Notes: generated by a model from the letters alone, not told the origin. A stretch of DNA of 64,000 nt from Myxococcales bacterium (GCA_018780435.1 JADMJS010000157.1:621-64620); one strand, 5' to 3'; positions 1 through 9,779 are shown, counted from the first letter of the stretch. Made by a program: numbers and translations.

Positions 1-548
1 TGGACCGCCGTGGCGGCACGGTCTTCGTTGGCGCCCGAGAACGCGATCTTGAACTTGCGGGGCAGATACATGAACTCGGGGTGCAAGGCCACGTATTGAC
101 GAAGGATCTCGCAATAGGGCCGACAGTCGAGGAGCTCGTCGGGCGCGACGCCGGCGTAGGGGTCGGTCGTGATGTTCCGAACGCAATTGCCGCTCGTCTG
201 AATGCCGTTCATCTCGACGTCAGCCAGCTCTTGGAGGAGGTCTGGGACCTCGTCGAGCTTCAGCCAGTTGTACTGGAGGTTCTGTCGAGTGGTGAAGTGG
301 CCGAAACCGCGGTCGTACTTCTCAGCGATGGCCCCGAGCTTTCGCATCTGGGCGGAGCTGAGGAGCCCATAGGGGATGGCGACACGCAACATGTAGGCGT
401 GGCGCTGCATGTAGAGGCCGTTCATCAGGCGCAGCGGACGGAACTCGTCTTCCGTCAGCTCGCCCGCATTGCGTCGGCGTACCTGGTCGCGAAACTCCGC
501 GACGCGCTCTTTCACGAACTGGAGGTCCATCGGGGAGTATCGGTACAT
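1..548 (-). CDS. cysI: Nitrite/sulfite reductase hemoprotein subunit, N-terminal part (runs off the window edge)
   Basis: Not in the ORF track; translated by hand from ATG at 548: MYRYSPMDLQFVKERVAEFRDQVRRR...EDEFRPLRLMNGLYMQRHAYMLRVAIPYG...GHFTTRQNLQYNW...IQTSGNCVRNIT...LPRKFKIAFSG. These are typical CysI/NirA motifs. Confidence 0.92.
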   Translation of the reverse strand, partial: MYRYSPMDLQFVKERVAEFRDQVRRRNAGELTEDEFRPLRLMNGLYMQRHAYMLRVAIPYGLLSSAQMRKLGAIAEKYDRGFGHFTTRQNLQYNWLKLDEVPDLLQELADVEMNGIQTSGNCVRNITTDPYAGVAPDELLDCRPYCEILRQYVALHPEFMYLPRKFKIAFSGANEDRAATAV

Positions 549-605
549 GGCGACAGGCTACCGGATGGTCGGCATGAATTGAATTGAATTCTTCGTGAAC
601 TATGG

Positions 606-620
606 ATAAGATCCGCCTAT
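606..620. promoter_or_regulatory. LysR-type binding box (ATA-N9-TAT; T-N11-A) overlapping the regulator start codon
   Basis: ATAAGATCCGCCTAT at 606-620 in the 70 bp divergent cysI/LysR spacer. GAATT is also repeated three times at 576-590. Confidence 0.6.
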
Positions 621-1533
621 GACAGACACACTCCCGTTCACACTGCAGCAGCTCCGAGTCTTCCTCACCGTGGCGGCACGTGGCTCCATCACCGAGGCCG
701 CCGCCGAGCTCGGGGTCACTCAACCCGCCGTCAGCCAGGCGCTCCGCGAGCTGGAGCGAAAGCTGGGCTCGGAGCTGGTGCGGCGCGGGAGCACGCCGCT
801 CGAGCTGAGCGCGACCGGCCTCCGATTTCTCGAAGGCGCTGAACGGATCCTCGCGGCCTGCACTGACGCCGCAGAGCTCCTCGACGGCGGCACGGGCCCG
901 CTCTCGGGCACCTTGGCAATCGGGGCCTCCACCACCATCGGCAACTACGTGTTGCCCTCGGCTATTGGCCAGTTCACCTCGCAGAACCCCAGCACCGAAA
1001 TACAGCTTTGGATCGGCAACAGCGCGGACGTCGTCCACCGTGTTGCCCGCCGCGACATCGAGTTCGGATTCATCGAGGGCCGCTGCCAACACCCGGACAT
1101 CGACGTCACCGAGATCGCCACGGACCACCTGAAGCTCGTCTGTCGGCACGACCACCCGCTCGCGCGTTCGGCCTCCGTGCCGGTCACGGCTCTGGCGGGG
1201 GAAGCGCTCATCCTGCGGGAGCCCGGCTCCGGTACCCGCGAGGTCGTCGAGAACCGGCTCGCCGGCGTCGGTGTCTTCGCGACGGCCCGCATGTGCCTCG
1301 GTAACACCGAAGCGATCAAGACCGCCATCATCGACGGCCATGGCATCTCGCTCCTCAGCGGTCTCACCGTCGAGCGGGAGGTCCTCGCGGGTCTCCTCTG
1401 TGCCATTCCCGTCACGGGCGTCTCCTTGGCCCGCCCCTTCTATCGACTCAAGCTGCGGCGACGGGGCCTGGGCCGACTCGCCGATCGCTTTGCGGCCGCC
1501 GTATCGGGTGCAGCAAAGCTCCCACGCGGGTGA
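619..1533 (+). CDS. LysR-family transcriptional regulator (CysL-like)
   Basis: N-terminal HTH (TLQQLRVF...SITEAAAELGVTQPAVSQALRELE), GASTTIGNYVLP and REPGSGTR motifs; divergent from cysI. Confidence 0.93.
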   Translation: MTDTLPFTLQQLRVFLTVAARGSITEAAAELGVTQPAVSQALRELERKLGSELVRRGSTPLELSATGLRFLEGAERILAACTDAAELLDGGTGPLSGTLAIGASTTIGNYVLPSAIGQFTSQNPSTEIQLWIGNSADVVHRVARRDIEFGFIEGRCQHPDIDVTEIATDHLKLVCRHDHPLARSASVPVTALAGEALILREPGSGTREVVENRLAGVGVFATARMCLGNTEAIKTAIIDGHGISLLSGLTVEREVLAGLLCAIPVTGVSLARPFYRLKLRRRGLGRLADRFAAAVSGAAKLPRG

Positions 1534-1587
1534 CCAAGGGCGTAAGACAAGGCGTCACGACTCCCCCCTGACCCGAAGGTCCTGAGC

Positions 1588-3186
1588 ATGACCACCCCCC
1601 TCATTCCCGGCCCTCTACTCATCGTCGTGATGGACGGCGTCGGGATCGGCCCGAGCGACGGCGGCAACGCCGTGACGTTGGCGCGCACGCCGAACCTCGA
1701 CCGACTCGCGGCGGAGGCGCTGCACACCCGACTCGTCGCCCACGGTCGCGCGGTCGGGCTGCCGAGCGACGACGACATGGGCAACTCCGAGGTCGGTCAC
1801 AACGCCCTCGGCGCGGGCCGCGTCTTCGACCAAGGTGCGACGCTAGTCGAGCGGGCGATCGAGACGGGTGCCCTCTTTCGCGGCGCAGCGTGGCAGGAGG
1901 TCCTGACTGGGGAGACGGTCCACTTCATCGGCCTCCTCTCGGACGGCAACGTGCACAGCCACGAGCGTCACCTCCACGCCATGCTTCGCTCGGCCGCCGC
2001 GTCGGGCAAGCGCCGCCTCCGGGTACACATCCTCCTCGACGGTCGCGACGTCCGGGACGGCTCGGCGCTCGACTACGTTGAGCGCCTCGAAGGGGTGCTC
2101 ACCGAACTGTCCCAGGACGGCACCGACGCCCGAATCGCCAGCGGTGGCGGGCGCATGTTCGTCACCATGGACCGCTATGAGTCCGACTGGCGTATCGTCG
2201 AACGTGGGTGGCGTGCCCACGTCCTGGCGGACGGCGAACGACACTCCACGGCGTCGGCGGCGATCCTTTCGGCTCGGGCCGCGTCGCCCGGGATCTCGGA
2301 CCAGGCTCTCCCGCCCTTCGTCGTGGGCGAAGGTTCGCCCATCCTCGACGGTGACAGTGTCGTCCTCTTCAACTTCCGTGGTGACCGCGCGATGCAGCTC
2401 TCGTCGGCCTTCGAGTCGGGCGACACGTTCACGGCCTTCGACCGCGTCCGCGTGCCGAAGGTGGTCTTCGCCGGGCTCATGCAGTACGACGGCGATCGCG
2501 GCGTCCCGCGCCGCTTCCTCGTGACGCCTCCGGTCATCGACGGCACGCTCACCGAGACGCTCATCGCCGCTGGCGTGCGTCAGTGGGCGTGCAGCGAGAC
2601 GCAGAAGTTCGGTCACGTCACCTACTTCTGGAACGGCAACCGGGCCGACCCCATCGACCCGGCGCTCGACGTGTGGCGCGAGATCCCAAGTGATCTCATG
2701 CCCTTCGAAGAACGTCCTTGGATGAAGTCGGCGGAGCTCACCGACGCCACCGTGGAGGCGCTACGCAGCGGTGCTTACGGTCTGCTGCGCATCAACTTCC
2801 CGAATGGTGACATGGTCGGCCACACGGGCGCCCTCGGACCCACCATCCTCGCCGTGGAAGCCGTCGATCTAGCGCTGGGCCGGCTCATGGCCGCCCTAGG
2901 CGACCTGGGGGGGACCCTGCTCTGCACCGCCGACCATGGGAACGCCGACGAGATGTGGAAGCGTAACAAGAAGGGCGAGCTGCTCAAGGGCGACGACGGC
3001 GGGCCTGTCCCCTCGACGAGCCACTCGCTCGCGCCGGTCCCACTCTACCTCTGGCCTGCACTCCCGGGTTTTGTCCTCCGCACGGGCGGCCTTGCCAACG
3101 TCGCAGCCACGGTGGTCGAACTCCTCGGAGTCCCCGCGCGGGCTGACTGGGCGCCGTCGCTGCTGGTCCCGGCGGCGGAGCCATGA
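1588..3186 (+). CDS. gpmI: 2,3-bisphosphoglycerate-independent phosphoglycerate mutase
   Basis: MDGVG, MGNSEVGH, DGNVHSH, DGRD, NFRGDR, DMVGHTG and ADHGN motifs. Confidence 0.97.
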   Translation: MTTPLIPGPLLIVVMDGVGIGPSDGGNAVTLARTPNLDRLAAEALHTRLVAHGRAVGLPSDDDMGNSEVGHNALGAGRVFDQGATLVERAIETGALFRGAAWQEVLTGETVHFIGLLSDGNVHSHERHLHAMLRSAAASGKRRLRVHILLDGRDVRDGSALDYVERLEGVLTELSQDGTDARIASGGGRMFVTMDRYESDWRIVERGWRAHVLADGERHSTASAAILSARAASPGISDQALPPFVVGEGSPILDGDSVVLFNFRGDRAMQLSSAFESGDTFTAFDRVRVPKVVFAGLMQYDGDRGVPRRFLVTPPVIDGTLTETLIAAGVRQWACSETQKFGHVTYFWNGNRADPIDPALDVWREIPSDLMPFEERPWMKSAELTDATVEALRSGAYGLLRINFPNGDMVGHTGALGPTILAVEAVDLALGRLMAALGDLGGTLLCTADHGNADEMWKRNKKGELLKGDDGGPVPSTSHSLAPVPLYLWPALPGFVLRTGGLANVAATVVELLGVPARADWAPSLLVPAAEP

Positions 3187-3746
3187 GGATCGTCGCCGGC
3201 GAGTTCGGAGGCCGCGTGCTCACGGTCCCGCGTCATGAACTTCGGCCCACCACCGAACGCGTGCGCGAGGCCGTCATGTCGATGCTCGGTCCGTACGTCC
3301 CCGGAGCCCTGGTCCTCGACGTGTTTGCGGGGTCCGGCGCGTATGGCTTCGAAGCGCTCTCGCGGGGCGCCGCGAAGGTCGTGTTCGTCGAGCTCGACGC
3401 GGGATCCTGCAAGACGCTCGAGCAGAACGCGCGCACCTTGAAGGTCGAAGGGCGGGTGACCATCCACCGGGGCGCAGCCCAGCGCTGGCTGCCGAAGCTC
3501 ACGGACCGGTTCGACCTGCTCTTCTGTGACCCGCCTTACGACCTCGATGAGGCGGCCCCCCTCCTCGAGGCGCTCGCCGCGCTGGCCACGCCAACAGCCC
3601 ATCTCCTCTATGAAGCCCGCGCCGGCGCCACGTTACCTGTGCGCGCGGGGCGTTTCGGGCGAAGCGCCCTCCGAAGTTATGGTACCGCCCAGGTGGCAGT
3701 GTACGCTGACGACGAGGCCGCCTCTGACGGGCCGCCGTACACGTGA
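3183..3746 (+). CDS. rsmD: 16S rRNA m2G966 methyltransferase RsmD
   Basis: [36 protein letters not shown] and DPPY motifs; ATGA overlap with gpmI. Confidence 0.93.
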   Translation: MRIVAGEFGGRVLTVPRHELRPTTERVREAVMSMLGPYVPGALVLDVFAGSGAYGFEALSRGAAKVVFVELDAGSCKTLEQNARTLKVEGRVTIHRGAAQRWLPKLTDRFDLLFCDPPYDLDEAAPLLEALAALATPTAHLLYEARAGATLPVRAGRFGRSALRSYGTAQVAVYADDEAASDGPPYT

Positions 3747-3756
3747 GGACACGGCC

Positions 3757-4242
3757 GTGGTGAACGCGATCTATCCGGGCTCGTTTGACCCCATCACGAA
3801 CGGGCACCTCGACATCGCCCGGCGCGCGTTGTCGCTCTTCGACGGCCTCACGGTCCTCATCGCGAAGAACCCGAGAAAGGCCGGCCTCTTCACCATTGAA
3901 GAGCGAACCGCGCTCATCCTCGGGGCCTTCGACCACGATCCCCGTGTGAAGGTCGATTCGTTCGAGGGTCTGCTGGTCGACTACGCACGGTCGGCCAACG
4001 CCAACCTCGTCATTCGCGGGCTACGCGCCGTCGCCGACTTCGAGTACGAGTTTCAGATGGCCAACATGAACCGCCACCTCTATCCCTCGATGGAGACGGC
4101 GTTCCTCATGACGGGTGCGGACTTCTACGTGAGCTCGTCTCTGGTCCGGGAGGTCTCGGCCCTCGGCGGGAACATCGACGATTTGGTCCCGCCTGGCGTC
4201 GCCGCCGCGCTTCGCGAAAAGGTGGCGAAGCGAAGCGGCTGA
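3757..4242 (+). CDS. coaD: Phosphopantetheine adenylyltransferase
   Basis: [37 protein letters not shown]. Start reassigned to GTG 3757 (GAGGA at 3745); usual rsmD-coaD synteny. Confidence 0.96.
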   Translation: MVNAIYPGSFDPITNGHLDIARRALSLFDGLTVLIAKNPRKAGLFTIEERTALILGAFDHDPRVKVDSFEGLLVDYARSANANLVIRGLRAVADFEYEFQMANMNRHLYPSMETAFLMTGADFYVSSSLVREVSALGGNIDDLVPPGVAAALREKVAKRSG

Positions 4243-4252
4243 GCAGCACGAC

Positions 4253-5569
4253 TCAGCGCTGCTTCTTGACCGGTACCTTGAGCGTGTCACCGGGATCGAG
4301 GCGGGTCCACGAGCGGTTCGGGTTGGCCGCCTTGATGGCCTTGACCGTGACCTTGTAGCTCTTGGCGATCTTGGCGAGCGTCTCGCCGCGCTTGACCGAG
4401 TGGCGGACGAGCTTGACTCCCTTGCCGTAGACCGGCATGCCCGCGTCCTCGTCGCGCTCTTCCGGGGCGCTGGCCTCGTTGACCTCGCCCTTCATCAGAT
4501 CGCCGTGGAACTGGTTCCGGAGCTGTACGAACTCCACGAAGCGCGCGTCCGTCATGGGGATACGAACGAGCTGATCGAGCTGCAGGCCACGGCCACCGAT
4601 GCCCGGGTTCATGCGGCGGATCGTCTCGACGGGGACGTTGCTCCACTGCGCATAGAGCCGCATCGTCTCGCCGCGCTTCACCTTCACGGTGGTGCCGGCC
4701 GGGAGTGGCTTCTCCTCTTTGGCGCCGGGCACCTTCACGGCGACGTTGGCCGGTTTCTGTCCGTCGCGGTGGCGGCGCATGGCCTCGGCCTCGGCGTCGA
4801 GGTCCCAGATCATCTCACCGGCCTTCTTGCCCGGTGGCGCGACCTGGTTCAGAACCGGGACCAGCACGACGTCGCCGAGCTTCAGGTGTTCGAGATCGAC
4901 GTTCCGATTGAAGCGCTTCAGCACCCAGACCGGTACCTCGCCGTGTTTGTTCGCGATCTTCCAGACGTTGTCGCCCTTCGCGACCGTGTGCGCTTCGAGG
5001 CGTTCGACCTCGAAGCGCTGCAGGAACTCGCGCTCTCGTTCAAGCCGGTACTTGTCGCGCCCATCTGTAAAGCGGCGATACGCGTCCGGCGTCAGGAGCA
5101 GCGCCAGTCGCTGGCCGGCACGCAGCTTCGGCCGCGTGAGCCCGCCGTTCGGAAGCAGCTCGGACTCGGGGACACCCGCCCACTCTGAATAGAGCTTTAT
5201 GCTCTCATTGCGCTCGACCACGATGTCGACAGTGCGACCGCCGTCGGCCGCGACCTCCTCGGACGGTGCGAGCGGTGGAGGCTCGTCCCGATCGGCAGCG
5301 GGGGCTTCGGCCGCCTCGGCGAACGGATCGGGACGCTCGGTCTCGCCCCCCTCCCCGCCTTGCGCGACGGCTGTGGGCTCATCGTCGATCGGGGGAATGG
5401 CGCTGGGTGGCATGTCGAGCACAGACGGTTCGGGAGTGGACTCCACGAACCAGGGATCAGGCACCGCCTCTCCGTCACCCCCGTCACCCCCGCCACAGCC
5501 GATGGTCGGCAGCGCCGTTGTGACCGAGATTGTGAACCTGATGATGTGGGCGCGAAGGCGAGTGCGCAT
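4253..5569 (-). CDS. Multi-LysM peptidoglycan-binding protein, probable lipoprotein
   Basis: LysM motifs HTVAKGDNVWKIA, KVKRGETMRLYA...N and HSVKRGETLAKIA...N...L.PGDTLKVP. Lipobox-like TIGC followed by an acidic Pro-rich linker. Start is ATG 5569 or 5605. Confidence 0.8.
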   Translation of the reverse strand: MRTRLRAHIIRFTISVTTALPTIGCGGGDGGDGEAVPDPWFVESTPEPSVLDMPPSAIPPIDDEPTAVAQGGEGGETERPDPFAEAAEAPAADRDEPPPLAPSEEVAADGGRTVDIVVERNESIKLYSEWAGVPESELLPNGGLTRPKLRAGQRLALLLTPDAYRRFTDGRDKYRLEREREFLQRFEVERLEAHTVAKGDNVWKIANKHGEVPVWVLKRFNRNVDLEHLKLGDVVLVPVLNQVAPPGKKAGEMIWDLDAEAEAMRRHRDGQKPANVAVKVPGAKEEKPLPAGTTVKVKRGETMRLYAQWSNVPVETIRRMNPGIGGRGLQLDQLVRIPMTDARFVEFVQLRNQFHGDLMKGEVNEASAPEERDEDAGMPVYGKGVKLVRHSVKRGETLAKIAKSYKVTVKAIKAANPNRSWTRLDPGDTLKVPVKKQR

Positions 5570-5679
5570 GGAGTCTCCCCGAGTTTGGACACCTGCGCGT
5601 ACCATGGGCGACCACTCGGCGCCAGAAACTCACCCTGGTGTTCCAAGCACCTCGAGATCATTGTCGTAACATCTTGTAA

Positions 5680-7116
5680 TCAAACCCGTTTCCTCCCATC
5701 GATTCGCGTCGCGTCGACGCGTTCTCCGAGGGCGGCCTCAAGGGTGCGAGCGAGGTCTGCCAGCTCCGTGTCGAGGACGGTTCGCAGGTCGAGCAACACG
5801 GCATCCTCCTCGAGACGCCCCACCACGGGCGAGCTGGACATACGGAGTCGCGCCGCCAAGGACTCGGCACCTCTGTGTCGGGGCCGGATCCGTACGCCGA
5901 AACTCGGGACCGTCGCGGTCGGCAGCGTGCCGCCTCCGACGCGACCCGACATCGCGACCGCCGCCAGCTCGGCTCGCCCTGCCCCATCGGCGCCGCCAAG
6001 GCCATCGATGAGGGTGGCGCTTCGGCGCTCGAGCTCGACCGTCGGAAGCCCGAGCATCCGGAAGAGCGGGATGCGACGCTCGTGGCTACCGTCGGCAATA
6101 GCGAGCAAGCTTTGTTCGAGGAGAGCGAGCGTGAGCTTGTCGCACCGAAAGGCGCGCATCAGCGGGTGCGACTTCAGTCGGGCGATTGCGGCCCGTTTGC
6201 CGACGACGATGCCGGCCTGTGGCCCGCCCAGCAGCTTGTCGCCGCTCACGGCCACGAGATCGACGCCCGACGCGACGGCGCTCTGGGTGGTGGTGCACTC
6301 GAGCCCATAGGGCCGGAGGTCGACGAAGCACCCGGAGCCGACGTCCCACGCCGAGAGGAGCCCACGTTCACGCGCGAGCCCCGCGAGAGCGTCCGCCTCG
6401 ACCTCCGATGTGAAGCCCACCATCTCGAAGTTGCTGCGGGAGGCCTTGAGGAGCAGCGCCGTCTCGGGGCCGATCGCGCTGCCGTAGTCCTTCAAGTAGG
6501 TCCGGTTCGTGGAACCAACCTCGACGAGCGCGACGCCGGACGTCCGGAATATCTCCGGGAGACGGAAGCTCCCCCCGATCTCGATGAGCTCCCCCCGGCT
6601 GACGATGGCCTGTCGGCCCGCCGCGACGGCGCCGAGGAGGAGCACCATCGCCGCGGCGTTGTTGTTCACGACGACCGCGTCTTCGGCGCCGGTGAGGCGG
6701 CTCAAGACCCGCGCGCAGTGAACGCTGCGGTCACCCCGTTCTCCCGCCTCGAGGTCGAACTCGAGATTGCAGTAGCCGCCCGCGATACGGGCGGCGTCGG
6801 CCAGAAGAGCCGGGTCCATTGGCGCGCGCCCGAGGTTCGTGTGGAGGAGGACGCCGGTGGCGTTGATGACCTTGGTCAAGCTGGGCGTTGCGTCGCGCTC
6901 AAGTGACACGCGCGCGGCCTCGAAGAGCCCTGCTCGCAGTCGCTCCGGCGTCGCGCCGTCTGTCGACGCGAGGGGGAGGTCAGCCCGGAGCGACGCGATG
7001 GCCTCTCGAAACGCATCGGTCACGTTCGAACGCCCAAAGGCTGCTACCAGCGGTAGCGCGCGTGGGTCCGAGAGCAGGACCGAGACGGCGGGGAGTAGTC
7101 GACGATCGATGGTCAC
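5680..7116 (-). CDS. selA: L-seryl-tRNA(Sec) selenium transferase
   Basis: VINATGVLLHTNLGRAP, NLEFDL, VNNNAAA, SRGELIEIGGSFR, EVGSTNRT and the PLP lysine motif SGDKLLGGPQAG. Confidence 0.97.
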   Translation of the reverse strand: MTIDRRLLPAVSVLLSDPRALPLVAAFGRSNVTDAFREAIASLRADLPLASTDGATPERLRAGLFEAARVSLERDATPSLTKVINATGVLLHTNLGRAPMDPALLADAARIAGGYCNLEFDLEAGERGDRSVHCARVLSRLTGAEDAVVVNNNAAAMVLLLGAVAAGRQAIVSRGELIEIGGSFRLPEIFRTSGVALVEVGSTNRTYLKDYGSAIGPETALLLKASRSNFEMVGFTSEVEADALAGLARERGLLSAWDVGSGCFVDLRPYGLECTTTQSAVASGVDLVAVSGDKLLGGPQAGIVVGKRAAIARLKSHPLMRAFRCDKLTLALLEQSLLAIADGSHERRIPLFRMLGLPTVELERRSATLIDGLGGADGAGRAELAAVAMSGRVGGGTLPTATVPSFGVRIRPRHRGAESLAARLRMSSSPVVGRLEEDAVLLDLRTVLDTELADLARTLEAALGERVDATRIDGRKRV

Positions 7117-7191
7117 CGGAGCACCCTACCAGCGTGCACCTCGGCTCGGGAACTTCTGTGACGCCGTTGTCCGGCTCTTCGGCGCCACTTC

Positions 7192-7207
7192 CCAAAGAAA
7201 ACTTTGG
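7192..7207. promoter_or_regulatory. Perfect palindrome, candidate operator upstream of selA
   Basis: CCAAAG-AAAA-CTTTGG, AT-rich, about 75 bp upstream of the selA start. Confidence 0.4.
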
Positions 7208-7452
7208 TACTGAGTCGCAATTGCGGCGCGCCTCGAGAGCGCACGTCGGACGGTCGTTATCACATCGCGACGAGACAACGTGACGAGCTGCCGGACGCGA
7301 CGGTGTTCGGCGTCGGTCGCCCAACACCTTATATTCATTGACTCATCGAGCGTTCCACTTCAAGACGGAGGTACGGCACGAAGGCCCGGCGCCAGTGGGT
7401 TCCGGGTCCGGCGTGACACGCCACCGCGTGGTCTGAAACCTGGCGCCGAGCT

Positions 7453-7481
7453 TTGACAGGGGAAGCGCACGCATCTAGCCT
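7453..7481 (+). promoter_or_regulatory. Sigma70-type promoter for hrcA-grpE
   Basis: TTGACA (7453-7458), 17 nt spacer, TAGCCT (7476-7481), about 70 bp upstream of hrcA. Confidence 0.65.
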
Positions 7482-7552
7482 TTATTTCCGCTCCCGTACT
7501 GGACTTTTGCCCAGACGGAAGGCGAGCGTTCGACCCACCCGAGAGGCAATCC

Positions 7553-8731
7553 TTGCGCGGACAGGCCATCGCCATAGACGGGCGCCCGAGAGAGGTGCTC
7601 CACGCCGCCGTCGAGCGCTACATCGCATCAGCCGAGCCCGTCGCGTCGGCTGTCCTCAGTCGGCCCCTGCGCCTCAGCTCCGCCCTAATCCGGTCGATCA
7701 TGATGGGCCTCGAAGATCGAGGGCTGCTGCAGCAACCACACACCTCCGCCGGACGCATCCCGACCGATCGCGGCTACCGCTTCTACGTCGACGAGCTGCA
7801 TACCGGGATCGCGGCCGCCGAGGCGCCCAACCTCCTCCTCGTGAACGCCGCCCGGGAAGGCCTCCGCACGCTGATGCAGGCGGCACTCGCGGCGCTCACG
7901 GCCCAGACCCAGCTCACCGCGTTCGCGATCGCCGCGACCCGCGAGGAGGAGCTGCATCACCACATCGAGTTCGTGCGCCTCGACGCCGAGCGCCTCCTCG
8001 CCGTACACCTGTCGTCGACCGGCGTCGTGCGGCGGCGCGTCTTCACTCCGCCCATCCCAGCGACCGACGCCCAGCTCGAGCAGTTCCGGAACCTCCTGAA
8101 CGAGCGTTATCGAGGCCTCTCGCTGAAGCAGATCCGAGAGCGGCTCGCGGCCGAGCTCACCGTCCTTCGCGCCGGTGACGCTAACGATGGCGACGACCGA
8201 GCGACCACGAAGCAGGCCCTCGACTTCGGCGATCAGGCCTTCCCCGGCGGCTCCGAGCCCGCCCTCGACGTCGCCGTGGCGGGGCAACACCACCTCCTCG
8301 GCCAACCCGAGTTCAGGCTCGGCACCAGCGCCGCGCGGGTCCTCGAGGAGCTCGAACGTCGCGAGACCTGGCTTCGGCTCCTCGACGCGATGACCTCCGA
8401 CGCCGGGGCGCACAGCCTCCTCGATACCGGCGGGATGCTCGCGTCGGCTGGCGGGAGCGCCTCTCCGCTTCACCACGGGAGCGGCCACGTCTCCGTCTTC
8501 ATCGGGCGAGAGAGCGGCGTCGACGGCCTGAGCGACTGCGCCATCGTCATGGCGCCGATCGACTGGGACGCTGATCATTCGGGGTCGGTCGGGCTGGTCG
8601 GCCCCATGCGCATGGCGTACGCGGCGATGATGGCGACCGTCGAGCTCCTCCGAAACCACCTCTCTCGCGCCCGTGCCGTCGGCGCCGGGCACCTCGACCT
8701 CACCCACACGTCGCGCCCACCCTTGTGTTGA
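7553..8731 (+). CDS. hrcA: Heat-inducible transcriptional repressor HrcA
   Basis: YIASAEPVAS...SSALIRSIM..LEDRGLLQQPHTSAGRIPTDRGYRFYVD and C-terminal GLVGPMRMAY; upstream of grpE. Confidence 0.94.
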   Translation: MRGQAIAIDGRPREVLHAAVERYIASAEPVASAVLSRPLRLSSALIRSIMMGLEDRGLLQQPHTSAGRIPTDRGYRFYVDELHTGIAAAEAPNLLLVNAAREGLRTLMQAALAALTAQTQLTAFAIAATREEELHHHIEFVRLDAERLLAVHLSSTGVVRRRVFTPPIPATDAQLEQFRNLLNERYRGLSLKQIRERLAAELTVLRAGDANDGDDRATTKQALDFGDQAFPGGSEPALDVAVAGQHHLLGQPEFRLGTSAARVLEELERRETWLRLLDAMTSDAGAHSLLDTGGMLASAGGSASPLHHGSGHVSVFIGRESGVDGLSDCAIVMAPIDWDADHSGSVGLVGPMRMAYAAMMATVELLRNHLSRARAVGAGHLDLTHTSRPPLC

Positions 8732-8756
8732 CCCCGATCGCGCGGAGACGTCTTGC

Positions 8757-9779
8757 ATGACCGACCGACCCCCTGAACGACCGCCTGCGGGCACTCGCAC
8801 TATCCCGAAGTCGAGTGGCGGGCTGAAAGCCGAGCTGGACTCTCTCCTCGCGGAGCTGGAAGGGCTCGACATCGAGAGCGAAGTTAGGGCGAAAGCGGAC
8901 GCCGACGACGATCCGTTCGAGATCGATCTCGACGACGCCCCAGCGCCCGCACCGGAGCCTGAACGTCCGCCGGCGATGCCGCCGCAGCGAGCCGATTCGG
9001 GCTTCATGCGCGCGCCGCCTCGGCCCGGGACGGGGCCGCAACATCAGGTTCCGCCGCTTCAGCCGTCCGATCCGATGGTCCCGCTCTTGAAGCGAGAGTT
9101 AGAGCTCGCGCGTCAGGAGCTGGAGGCTTGGAAGAGCAAGGCAGTCAAAGCGGCGACGGAGTTCGACGCGATTCGGAAGCGCCTCCAAAAGGAGAAGTCG
9201 GACGCAGCTCAGTTTGGCAACGAGCAGCTTGTGCGCGATCTCCTCCCCGTGCTCGACACCCTCTCGCTCGCTATCGACCATGCCGGGCCCGAGCGCAACG
9301 ACAAGCTCGCGTCCGGAGTCAAGATGACGCTGCAGATGTTCCTGCAGGTGCTGGCGCGGAGCGGCGTGGAGTCCTTTGGAGCCACGGAGGTCCCCTTCGA
9401 CCCCAAGATTCATCAATCCATGGCCAGGGTTACGGTACCCGGCATGCCGCCGGGCCTCGTCGCCGCCGTGGGTCAACGGGGCTACACTATTCACGGTCGT
9501 TTGCTTCGGCCGGCGCTCGTCACCGTGACCGGCGGAGAGACGGTCGCGGCACCCCCGGACGCGTTCGAGACGCCTCCGCCGGAGCCAGCGCCCACCGAGG
9601 CGCTCGGCGGGCGTCGGCGCTCCACCCCGGACGGCGCGGTGGGTGGGCTCGTGGCCGCCGAGGAGGGCGCGCACGTGCCCGCCTCACTGCGCGCGCCGAC
9701 CCAGCCCGCCATCGCCCACGCATTCTCTGAGCTTGAGACCCGAACATCTCCCGAGGCCACCGATCCAGACGCCGGCTGA
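8757..9779 (+). CDS. grpE: Nucleotide exchange factor GrpE with long N- and C-terminal extensions
   Basis: EFDAIRKR, DLLPVLDTL..AI, FDPKIHQSM and QRGYTIHGRLLRPALVTV. Start set at ATG 8757 (GGAG upstream). Confidence 0.9.
   Translation: MTDRPPERPPAGTRTIPKSSGGLKAELDSLLAELEGLDIESEVRAKADADDDPFEIDLDDAPAPAPEPERPPAMPPQRADSGFMRAPPRPGTGPQHQVPPLQPSDPMVPLLKRELELARQELEAWKSKAVKAATEFDAIRKRLQKEKSDAAQFGNEQLVRDLLPVLDTLSLAIDHAGPERNDKLASGVKMTLQMFLQVLARSGVESFGATEVPFDPKIHQSMARVTVPGMPPGLVAAVGQRGYTIHGRLLRPALVTVTGGETVAAPPDAFETPPPEPAPTEALGGRRRSTPDGAVGGLVAAEEGAHVPASLRAPTQPAIAHAFSELETRTSPEATDPDAG

Noticed and set aside
81-587. 168 aa plus-strand ORF
   Set aside because: It is antisense to the clearly recognisable cysI.
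7350-7450. Possible tRNA-Sec (selC) near selA, prompted by CTTCAA at about 7358
   Set aside because: No anticodon stem, T-loop or acceptor stem can be formed around it.
7440-7560. CIRCE operator upstream of hrcA
   Set aside because: No match to TTAGCACTC-N9-GAGTGCTAA was seen.
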